Assembly: GCF_009834535.1 (NCBI RefSeq) | Contig: NC_045715.1 | Span: 26,722,001-26,786,000, forward strand | DNA length: 64,000 nt | Direction: 5' to 3' | Origin: Camelus ferus | Lineage: Eukaryota | Shown: piece after piece, positions 38,752 to 48,335 of the stretch | How positions within the stretch are numbered: position 1 is the stretch's first letter | How the letters are laid out: every line of letters begins with the position of its first letter | Made by a program: the position numbers and the translations under genes | Notes under the pieces: generated by a model | Seen by the model: the letters and a program-made list of their open reading frames with translations, nothing else | Told to the model about the DNA's origin: nothing | Databases searched by the model: none

Positions 38752-39289
38752 CTCCCTCAGTCCTGGAAAGAGAGCTTGCTTATTTTTGAAAGTGCTCCCC
38801 ACCCCCTCCCCAGCCCTGCCCGAGGCTCACAATACAAGTCAGATTGTTCTGAGTACTGTCCTGAGGCCGACAGGGAAGTCAGCCCTGGGCTCCGATGACC
38901 ACATAGCCCGAGTGCTGCCTGGGAGAAGGACCCGCAGAGAAGTGGGGAGAGAGGAGGGCTTCGGAGAGAGGAGGGCTTCGTGCTGTCCATGTTTTGTCCT
39001 AATCAGAGACAGATCTCACTCCCAGCAACTTCTTACACCCAGTGCGTAGATGTAGATGGTTGATATGGAGCCTGGAGACCTGGTTTAAGTCCTATGCTCA
39101 CACTTTACATCTTTCTGAGCCTCAGATCTCCCCATCGGTAAAGAAGGGGCAGGCAGTGATCATATTTACCCTGCAAGAGTGTGGTGAAAGCTCAGGATAA
39201 GCTTTGAACATGGAAGATGCTCAAAAAATGATCCTTGTAACTCTGTTTTCATGGGTAAGACAGGACACACGATGAGCCAGTATGCTATG

Positions 39290-39370
39290 CTAAGTTGAAC
39301 CTTAGGAAATTTACAATTTTATAGGTTAAAGATAATTGAACACTGTCAGCTATATATGATTCAACCTAAT
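39290..39370. mobile_element. MER53-like palindromic MITE (internally deleted)
   Basis: aagttgaacc.taggaaatt ... tatatgattcaacctaat, resembling the MER53 terminal inverted repeats. Confidence 0.6.
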
Positions 39371-39377
39371 AAAACAT

Positions 39378-39548
39378 CAATCAGCAAACTCTAAATGGCC
39401 AGGAAGGAAATATTTTTGGCTTTGTGGAGCGCCGGGTTCTGTGTTGCGAGAAGCAGCCAGAGACAGTGAATGGGTGTAGCTGTGTTCTAATCAGACGTTA
39501 GTTACAAACACAGTCTGAGTTTGACCCTGTGATATTTGCCAACCCTTG
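39378..39548 (+). mobile_element. MER58A (hAT-Charlie)
   Basis: cagcaaact..aaatggccag..aaatatttttggctttg...gaagcagccagagac..gaatgggtgtagctgtgttctaat...tttgccaaccct. Confidence 0.8.
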
Positions 39549-39673
39549 TAATAATATGTATGAGTCAATCACATAGAGAGAACTTTCTGTAATACATACA
39601 GTCAACATTTAGGTTTCTTCGTAATTGTAACAGTGGCTGATCTGTATAGATAGTCATAGTGCTTTATTACTAG

Positions 39674-39831
39674 NNNNNNNNNNNNNNNNNNNNNNNNNNN
39701 NNNNNNNNNNNNNNNNNNNNNNNNNNNNNNNNNNNNNNNNNNNNNNNNNNNNNNNNNNNNNNNNNNNNNNNNNNNNNNNNNNNNNNNNNNNNNNNNNNNN
39801 NNNNNNNNNNNNNNNNNNNNNNNNNNNNNNN
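39674..39831. other. Assembly gap (158 N)
   Basis: Run of N. Confidence 1.
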
Positions 39832-40419
39832 GAACTGAACCCAGGCAAGTTTGTGGGGTAGAACTGGATATTGGCAATTCAGGCAGCTCCAGGGTGAAAG
39901 CAGCCTGGAGAGCGTTGTGAGGGGCCCCACGCCTGTTTGCTCTCCACGGAGCATGTGGGGGTGGTCAGAGGCTTGAAGTGGGAGCAGGCCTGGGGTAGGT
40001 GGGCAGTGGGGAGATGGTGGGGCTGAAGGTTTGGAAGTGTCGCCTGGGATGAAAAGGCATAGGGTCTTCCTTGGGGAGTCAGGTCGTGGGTCAGCTGGGC
40101 CTGGGGCCATTTCCCAGGTGACGCCCAGGGGCTGTGAGGGTCAGGATGTAGGCTGGAGGAATCTCCTGCCTGGGGAACAGGACATTGTTTACATTCCTGA
40201 CGTTTCAAGCAGGAGATCCAGGCTGCATTCCCAGATCAGGGCCCCCAGGGGACCTGGTGGGGGGGGGGAGGGCAAAGAAGCAGTCTCCCCAGGAGGCCTG
40301 GGCCCTGCCTCAAATCAAGATACTTGGATACCCTGTCGATTCCTTTTGCCTCTTAGTTTAGCCACAAATTAACAGGCTGCTGGTCAGGACCCTGGCCTCA
40401 AGCATTCCCTGCTGTTTTT

Positions 40420-40770
40420 CCTTCTGTGCTTTTGCAAATTCTGTCCCCTTGCCTGCAATGCCTTTCCCCACCTCTTACACCCTTCCTTAATTCTCTCATC
40501 TCTTTCAAGACTAGCTTAGTGTCACCTTCTCCTGGAAGCCTTCCCTGACTTCCTCTTCACCCGTCCAGGCTAGACCAGGTCCCCTTTCTCAGTCCCTCTC
40601 ACCCCACCTTTCTGTATTGTCACTGCCTTGACTTCCCTGGCTCCCCCACGAGAAGGGAACCTGCTGGAGGAAAGGGACCATACTTTGTTTATTCCTATGT
40701 CCCCACCACCCAGGTCAGTGTCCAGTGTGCTGGACACTGGAAGCCAATTAAAAGCATGTGTGGTCAAGGG
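40420..40770 (+). mobile_element. L2 LINE 3' region
   Basis: cctgcaatgcctttcccc...tgtcaccttctcctggaagccttccctgact...ctgctggaggaaagggaccatactttgtttattcctatgtcccc. Confidence 0.8.
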
Positions 40771-41109
40771 TGACATCATGGTCCCCAAAACACAGTCCCT
40801 TCACCCAGAAGATGTGGTTGTTGGGCAAGTTGCCTGACCTTGGGGCATCTGAAAGTCATCATCAGTAAGAAGGGATAGTCGTGCTGTTGGAGGGTTGGGG
40901 ACAGTAAATGAAATAAAGCACACAATTGTCAGCACAGTGCCTGGCTCCTCGCTGGCACTTGGAAAGTGGCCAGGGAGACATGCAGTAGCACATAATACGT
41001 CCTTGCCCTGTAACCCTCGCATATGGAGCTCAGGGGAGGGGATAGGATAAGGCAACTTGAATGTCCCAAAGTCATGGCCTTGGTCTCAAGAGCTACAGGA
41101 AGCGTTGAT

Positions 41110-41670
41110 GAGTTAACTTTGGTTCTGTGATGAGAGCACTGAATGTTGAGTCAGGATACTTAGTTGTGGTTCCAGCTGTCTCTTAGCTGGGTGTTGTTGA
41201 CAAGCCATGTAACAGCTGCTTCAGCCTCAGTCTCATCATCTGCAAGGGGAATTATCCTCACAAGGTCACCGTGATGCAGAAATGAGCTCGCAGAGCTATG
41301 AGAACACCTGGCCCAGGTCATAGGAAGTGCTCCATCACGAATTATTGAGTCTGGATGTAAAGAACACTTGAGAAAGCTCTGAGCTGGTCTCAGATCAGGT
41401 ATGCCTTGGACATGTGCCCTATAGCTTTGTGGTTTATAGCTTTAGAGTCAAACATGTGTTTGAATCCTAGCTAGGCCATCACTAGCTGTGTGTCTTTAGG
41501 CAAGTTACTTAACTTCTCTGAACCACAGGGTTGTTTTTTTTTTTAATAAGTTAAATATTTTTAACTATTTTTAAATAAGTTAAATAGTTTTTTTAAAATG
41601 TTGCCATCCATCTCAGAGTTGTTATGGTGATAAGATGTAGATATAGCCCAGTGTCTGGCAAACACCAGTG
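41110..41670 (+). mobile_element. Two tandem MIR SINEs (~41110-41340 and ~41430-41670)
   Basis: ttcagcctcagtctcatcatctgcaaggg; tttgaatcctagctaggccatcactagctgtgtgtctttaggcaagttacttaacttctctg. Confidence 0.8.
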
Positions 41671-42829
41671 TCTCAGGTGCTAATATTCTGCTTTTACTTA
41701 AGACTTAGGAGTTAGCACTAATGATATGGGGCTTTTGAAGTTCTAATTCATGTGAAAACAGGTATGTAGAGGCGATGGGGGCCAGGGTTTGGGGTTAAGG
41801 GTTAGGATTTTCATTATTACAGACCAAATGGGAGTTTTGAACTCAAGAGTGGGAAGTACTTCCTGGCTTGGGTGGAATGTGGGAGGAGTACTCAGTGGCG
41901 GCTGACGAGAGCCCCTGGGGAAGTCTACGGGAAGGAGATGGAGCAGGCAACGCGGACGGACGGTGGGGCCCTCGGAGGTCTTCAGTCGAACCCTGACGTA
42001 GCACAGAGGGGAAAGTGAGGCCCGGAGAGGATGGCCTTGTGGCCCCTGACCCACAGGCTGCCTCGTGACTATCCTGGGCCTCCTGAGTTGGAGAGACCTG
42101 TTTTCTCCACGATGTGGAAGGATGCCACGGTGAGGAGGTAAAGTCTGGCCAGAGACAGGGGACTGGAGGAGACCCCGAGAGAGTTACAGGAGGGCTATTT
42201 GATGCTGACCTGATGGTTTGGTGTCGTGGGCCAGTTAGTCTGTGTTTAGGGACCAACAGTCCTGGAAGACGCTGTCCCCACAGCGAGAAGGGGTGGGGGC
42301 AGGGAGACAGGAAATGGAGGGCATGGAGCTGTTGGTATTGGGGGAGTTTCCAGGGAGAAAAAGATAGGGGGTGGGGAGGGGTCAGGTTACATTTCTCAGG
42401 CCCAAGTTCAAGTCCTCTGGGTTTTGTTCTGTCCTTATTGCTTCTCAGTTCTCTTCTGACAGGGGAACCTCCATTGTTCCTCTTTGTAAAGGGATTTTGC
42501 AGAAGTGAATCGTTCTGGCCACCTCCACCTCTCCAGTCCCTGCCCACAGTCAGTGACAAGGGTTCACCTTTCCAACTAGAGGTAGCTCAGAGCCTAAGGA
42601 AAAGCTCCTCTGGTCCAGATTTCTCAGTTACTGATGGCAAAGATGGGTGGCTTCTTAAATCTGGCTGGACAGGTTCCTACAACTCCAGGCGTTGCTGGCC
42701 CCATCTGTACCTGGAGACGGGCTGGCTCATGGTTGCAGGCTCTGGGCAGGGCAAGTCTCACTTTGCTGGTGATCATGATAGTGAAGCCACAGCAGCAGTG
42801 CTGGCCTTCTTTAGTGAGTGCCTGGGGCA

Positions 42830-42985
42830 CTCCCGGCATTTTGCTTACTTTATGTCATTTATTCTTCACGGAAGCCCTCTGAAGATGCCGTTATGACCTT
42901 GGCATCACGAGTGAGGAACCTGAGGTTCTCAGTGGTTAAGACCTCATGCTCAGGGTCACCCAGAGGGGAAGGCAAAGCCAGGAGT
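42830..42985 (-). mobile_element. MIR SINE
   Basis: cacgagtgaggaacctgaggttctcagtggttaagacctcatgctcagggtcacccag. Confidence 0.7.
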
Positions 42986-43289
42986 CAGATCCCAGTCCCT
43001 TCGACTTCAAAGACTCTGCTGGAGTGAAGGAAGGGTTCAAGCATGGATGGGTGAGAAATTGGGGTGGTGGGAGATGGAGGCAGTTCCTCCTAATGGAGGA
43101 GAAGCAGACAGCCTTTGGAACCTCCATAGCCCTCTCCCCGTCTAGAGGGGAGCTTGGAACCTGGACCTATTTCTAAACTGAGCTGTGAAGTCTGGTCTTC
43201 TCCAATGGAAGAAGGCTACTAGGGGGCTGGGGCAAGGTGGGGAAAAGGGGTGTTGACGTTGGAAGATGAGCTCTGGTGAGATGGTGACC

Positions 43290-43405
43290 AGACCACAGCC
43301 TGAACACTAGAATCCTGGGGTTCAGTCCCAGCTCTGTCCCCAGAGCCGTGTGACCTCAGATAAGACATTTTCTCCTTGGACCTCTGTTCTCTGATCTCTA
43401 CTGTG
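43290..43405 (+). mobile_element. MIR SINE fragment
   Basis: aatcctggggttcagtcccagctctg...gtgtgacctcagataagacattttctccttggacctctgttctctgatct. Confidence 0.7.
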
Positions 43406-44759
43406 AGGCTAGATGCTTTCCAGCTGAGGGCCTGTGCTTTTAGTCTTGCATGTTCAGATGGGGCCCCAAGGAGGGGCACAAGGAACAGACTTAAGAGGGG
43501 TTCCTGGGGAGGAGGGCATCCTCAGGAACATAAACTTACTCAGGAGCTGTCAAGCAGGCCGCCCTTAAAAGGGCAAGTATGCAGCGCTCCCCCGGAGCAG
43601 GGTTAAGGCCCTTCTCTGTGGGGAAGGCACTTCCTGTTTGGAGGGACTGTGTCTACTTCTTTCCTCCTCCAGAGGCCACTTCACCTCACTCCTTGGACTC
43701 AGGGGAGACTTTAAAAATATTTAAGGACAGGTATGGCATGGTGCCAACCAATCAGGGCAGTCACAGCTGTAAACAACTGCTGTAAGACCCACAGGGTGTG
43801 CCAGCTGTATGCCAGCCCTGCCCCTACCCCCGACCCACCCTGGTGAAGCCTGGCTCAGGAGCTGAAGGGCAGAGAAGGACAAGAAGGGAGACTGGGGAGG
43901 GGAGAGCGGGGTGAGAGTTCCAGGAGGTAAAGACAGAAGAGAGTCTTCCCTGATGTCAGCCCATCCCTCCCTGGAACCCTGGCATGCCATCCACCCAGCC
44001 TCACTACACCTCTAGGACTTTCCTTTCCATGCTTTGTGCCCTGAACAAAGCCGTCCTGCCCGCCAGCTGCAGCTGCGTTTTGGAGGCTGAGGACACAAAG
44101 GGGACCTGGTTTGGACTCTGCATCATCACCCCAAACTGGCGATGGGCGGGGAATAGTGAACCCCTGTCTGCCTGCAGAATTTGTGCTTTACTAAGCCTGA
44201 CAATCTGAGGCCAGGGCTTTGTCTCACCCACTCCTGGCCATCGGCCATCAAGTTCCCTGGAGAGCCTCCAAGCCTCCCTCTCTCTCTTGACTTCCTCAGT
44301 TACCAGCCTGTTCTAGGTCTTCACCAGCATGCACCAGGACTGCTGCGTGAGCCTGCGGGCTGCTTCCTCTACCCCCAACCTCGACTGTCCCTTTCTTCCT
44401 TATAAGGGTTCCTGATGGCTTGTCAACTGCTAGGAATCAGAGATTTCAATCGGTATTTCTTAACTGATTGATGAAGACCCCTCTTCTCCTTTTCTCTGAG
44501 CACAGGTTGTTTCCCAACTGACCAAGAAATACTTATTGAGCATCCACTAAACATACAGCATTTTATTAGCCATAAAGAGGGGCGGTGTGAAAGCCGGAGG
44601 CACAGCCCCTGCCCTCAAGGAGCCTTCCCTGGAGCTGTGGAGAGCCCGTGTGCAAACCCAGAAAAGATGACCAACAATACAAGGCAACCTCGGATAGTTT
44701 GTTGTTTGAGGTGCTCCTGGGTCTATTACAAAGTCTGTCACAAAGTTTATAGAGATAAA

Positions 44760-45260
44760 GTGGAGCCAGTAAAAACCTCTTGAATGATGATTAAAAGGCA
44801 TCATGCCTTATAGGAGAGGCGAGCTCAGATGAGTAATTTATTAGCTAGATTGTTAGGGCTTAGGAAATAAAGAAGTGCTCTTCTTGGGTTACCTTGGGTC
44901 CACTAGGGACAAATTATGCGAATTTATCTTTTTTTGATAAGGTTCTAGAGCTTGGTTCAAGGGAATGCCTTGGATTTGGCGTATCTGGAGTTCCACAAGG
45001 ACTTAGCCAACAGTCTCCTATGGTGCCTTAAGAAAGGAGGGCTGGATAACTGCGGGCTTGTGGGTTCAGCGCTGGTTGGAGGACTGTCCCCTGAGAGTGT
45101 TAATAACTAGTTCTTCGGCATTCCCAGACGAGGTAGCTGTGTCCTCTGGGCCTTTCGATGTCCTTGTTGTGGTCAACGTTTTTAGCAATGATGTAAGTAA
45201 AGACCGTGGGGACATTCTGATCATTCTGTTAATGACCCGAATCTAGGAGAAACAGCTAAG
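44760..45260 (+). mobile_element. Ancient CR1/L3 LINE reverse-transcriptase fragment
   Basis: ttttttgataaggtt...gggaatgccttggatttggcgtatctggagttccacaagg matches the CR1 'FFD..GNAVD.VYLDFSKAFD' region. ORF 45058-45246 (WVQRWLEDCPLRVLI...VLVVVNVFSNDV...LI) is colinear with CR1 'WI.NWL..R.QRVVING..S...V.SGVPQGSVLGP.LFNIFINDL'. Confidence 0.8.
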
Positions 45261-45274
45261 AGTCAAGACTCGAA

Positions 45275-45820
45275 AATACCTTGACCCCTTTGGGTATATG
45301 TCCCAAAGCACTGAAAGTAGGGACACAAACATATTTGTACGTGTTCATAGAGCATTATTCACAATAGGCAAAAGGAAGAAGCAACCCAGGTGTCTGTCAG
45401 CAGACGCGTGTATAAGCAGAATATGGTCTGTACCTGCAATGGAATGTTATTCAGCCTTAAAAATAAAGGAAATTCTGTGACATGGATGAGCCTTGAGCAC
45501 ATGATGCTAAATGACATAAGCCAGTCAGAAAAGGACAAATGCTGTATGATTCTACTTAGATGAGGTGCTTGGAGTAGTCAAGTTCATAGAGACAAAAAGT
45601 AGAACGGTGGTTGCCAGGGGCTGGGGGGAGAATGAAATGGGAAATTATCGTTTAACGAGTATAGAGTTTCTGTTTTACAACATGGAAGAAGTTCCGGAGG
45701 TGGATGGTGGGGATGGTTGCACAGCAATGTGAATGTATTTAATGCCACTGAACTATACACATAAAAATGGTCAAATGGTAAATTTTATGTTATATATATT
45801 TCACTGCAGTTAAAAAAAAT
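45275..45820 (+). mobile_element. L1MB-type 3' fragment
   Basis: gttcatagagcattattcacaatagg...atggaatgttattcagccttaaaa...aatgccactgaactatacac.taaaaatgg..aaatggtaaattttatgttata, ending in an A-run. Confidence 0.9.
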
Positions 45821-46973
45821 CTTGATCCCAAACCTGTGATATAATATTCAATACGTATACAGCAGGGAATCTTATTTTATATCCAAAAAGTTAAGCTATA
45901 GAAGTGTGAGGAGACTGTGGCCGGGCACCAGTGTGGTGGGGTAGCAGTGGTCTCTCTACTGAACCCTCCCAGACCTGAAAATGTGTTTAGGAACCATTGG
46001 TCAAGGATCGTTTGGCCCTTTCAGGAAGCCTATGTGCAGACCCTGGGCTTCATCTACGAGAAGCTATGTGGCATCAGCGTCTGGGGCCAGTGTTCTCCTC
46101 ACGCTGGTGCCAGTGAACCAGGCTCTACCCATGGCAAGCCAGAGACTTAACCCTTTCTGTTCCAGTGACCACCCAGCTCTTGGGTGCCTCTCAGTTCTGG
46201 CCATAATGGTGTCCTTTGTTCTTGGTCAGTATGGAAAGCAGATTTGACCAGATTTCTCTCTGTCTTGGTTGAACACCAATCCAATGATCAGCTCCATTTC
46301 CTTACCCAGGGTTCACTCTCGTGGCTCCCAGGTTGCCCCTCCTTCTCGATGGGTGGGTGAACCTGTGCCTGTTGAAGTCTCACATGCATCCAAACATGCC
46401 TGGGTACAGCAGACTGGACAGGAAACTGGCAAGCCTTCCGTCCTCTACTCCCGGGGGGCACCCACTGCAGGAGACACACAGTATAATTAGCTCGGTGTCT
46501 CCCCGCCAGCCTCCTTCAACCCTTCCCTCCCCATTGGATGACATCTTTAAACCAGGTATCCCCAGACCCTGAATGAATCAAGTAAGTAAGGAGGCCCTGC
46601 TGGACAGGTCTTCCAGGGGACAGGGACTAGGATTTGCATCTGTACTGTCACAGAGAGGGTAGGATGGGTGCCGGCTCTGACCTCCCAGGAGTCGAATTCT
46701 GTGAGTACAGCCCTTCTCTTGTCTCCCAGAGCACAGGGGGAGAATCTGAAAGTGTTTGTGGCAGGAAACCCTGGGAAGACGTGGAGAGGAGGAAATACCT
46801 CCAGTTAGGAGGAGCTAGAGGGAACAGAGCGAGGCTGGGGGAGAAGAGCAGGGGCTCGGCTCTTGGGCTGAGGGCTCTTGACAGTTGGGCAAAGAAGTTC
46901 TGGTGGCAGAGTGACCACATCCCTGCCTACCTGGCTGCCAGCCTGACCACGCAGTGCTCTCTGTTCCACCCAG

Positions 46974-47031
46974 ATCATGATGAGGACCTAGGGCACCTGC
47001 CTGCAGACTATCCCCCTGGCCTGTGGTGACC
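46974..47031 (+). other. DAAM2: 5' UTR part of DAAM2 exon 2
   Basis: Pyrimidine tract ctctctgttccacccAG ends at 46973. There are 58 nt before the orthologous ATG at 47032. Confidence 0.8.
46977..46991 (+). promoter_or_regulatory. Short uORF (M-M-R-T-stop) in the DAAM2 exon 2 5' UTR
   Basis: ATG ATG AGG ACC TAG, ending 40 nt before ATG 47032. Confidence 0.7.
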
Positions 47032-47200
47032 ATGGCCCCCCGCAAGAGGAGCCGCCATGGCCTGGGCTTCCTGTGCTGCTTTGGGGGCAGCGAACCTCCC
47101 TGAGATCAACCTCCGGGACAGCCACCCTCTGCAGTACATGGAGTTCTCCAGTCCTATCCCGAACCCGGAGGAGCTCAACGTCTGCTTTGCAGAGCTGGTG
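47032..47200 (+). CDS. DAAM2: DAAM2 first coding exon (exon 2), with an apparent +1 frameshift at ~47093
   Basis: ATG 47032 gives [20 protein letters not shown]. After the extra A, the shifted frame reads [35 protein letters not shown]. Donor GTGAGT at 47201. Length 169 nt versus 168 expected (56 codons). Confidence 0.93.
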
Positions 47201-48335
47201 GTGAGTGAGGGGCAGGGAAGGGAGGGTGTTGACGGTGGGATCGGAGATGGCTGGAGCCCAGAGGGCGGGGGCTGGCATCTTCACCTACTGAAACTGCTTG
47301 GGACCAAAGTGGGCCCCAAGGATACCTCAGGCATGTGGGAGAAACAGAGTCACTCACTGGGGTGGACACTGTGAAATGTGTCCCCAGAAGAATGGACCTA
47401 CATCATCTCCCCTGGATCCTAGATTTCATGGGGCAGCAGTAGGCGCCCATGGGAGGAGAAGGTCCAGGCTTTTGTGAAATAAGGTAGGGAGGAGCCTCAA
47501 AGAACATCAGAGCTCTGGACACCACCTCTGCTCGCTGAAATTCCCTGGGATAGTCTGGTCTCTGACACAGGAAGAGGAGACGGGGCAGATTCTGTGGGCA
47601 GACGCTGGGTTATCTCAGAACAAGGAGTGATTAGCTAGCAGTGAGGAGGTAGAGATGCCTGTATCACACCTGGAACCTGGTTCCGGCCTGGGATGAAGAC
47701 ATCCCGTGTCTGGCCTGGGACAGACAGAAGCTCTGTTTTTCACCCTGGTGCCAACTCTTCCTGACTCTGTGATCCCCTTCCGGGCCACAGCAGCAGTGCT
47801 ACGCCCCCGTGGGGACCCCTGTGTGTGAAACATCATGTGCTGACCGCAAAGAGACAGAACAGGAAAGAAGCATGGCTCCTCTCTTTGGAGAGCTGATGGT
47901 GAGATAAAGCCTGCAAGCCAGAGAAAGGTCCCAGACCAGGGAGGCAGGCCCCATGCCCAGGACTTGGGCCTGAACCCCTGGCCATAGAGCGAGAAGCACC
48001 AGGTCAGCTACCATAAGCTCTCGGTCACTCGTTCTCATGGTTGACCTGTAGAGAAACAGTGCAGTGTGACTGGGAAACGGGGTTTCATACTTGAATTCGG
48101 TAATGGATGCATCTGAGGAAGGTGATCTAGCTCTTTAAGTAGCAGGACCCCAGTAAGATGAGGACATGCATGTTACGTGAAAAAGTTTCCACTCTCCTCA
48201 TCACATCAGGTCCAGAAGACTCGTCCTGGTGTATACCTTTCCTCTGGATGGGGTCGGTGTGGGCGGGAACAGAGTGTTCGCTAGTGTCTAGCAGCATTTG
48301 GAGCCTGATCTGTGTCAGTCAGTACTGCTAAGATC

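Noticed and set aside
41880-42050. Local CpG enrichment as a possible DAAM2 promoter island
   Set aside because: Too short and too CpG-sparse. No CpG island was seen in the window, so the main promoter probably lies upstream.
42114-42896. Longest non-DAAM2 ORF (260 aa) and overlapping antisense ORF 41843-42559
   Set aside because: G/S/W/P-rich composition typical of GC-rich intron DNA, no recognisable domain, and the 3' end runs into a MIR.
44235-44247. NFI-type site TGGC-n5-GCCA (NFIA is linked to Daam2 in glia)
   Set aside because: A single imperfect match of a frequent motif with no supporting context.
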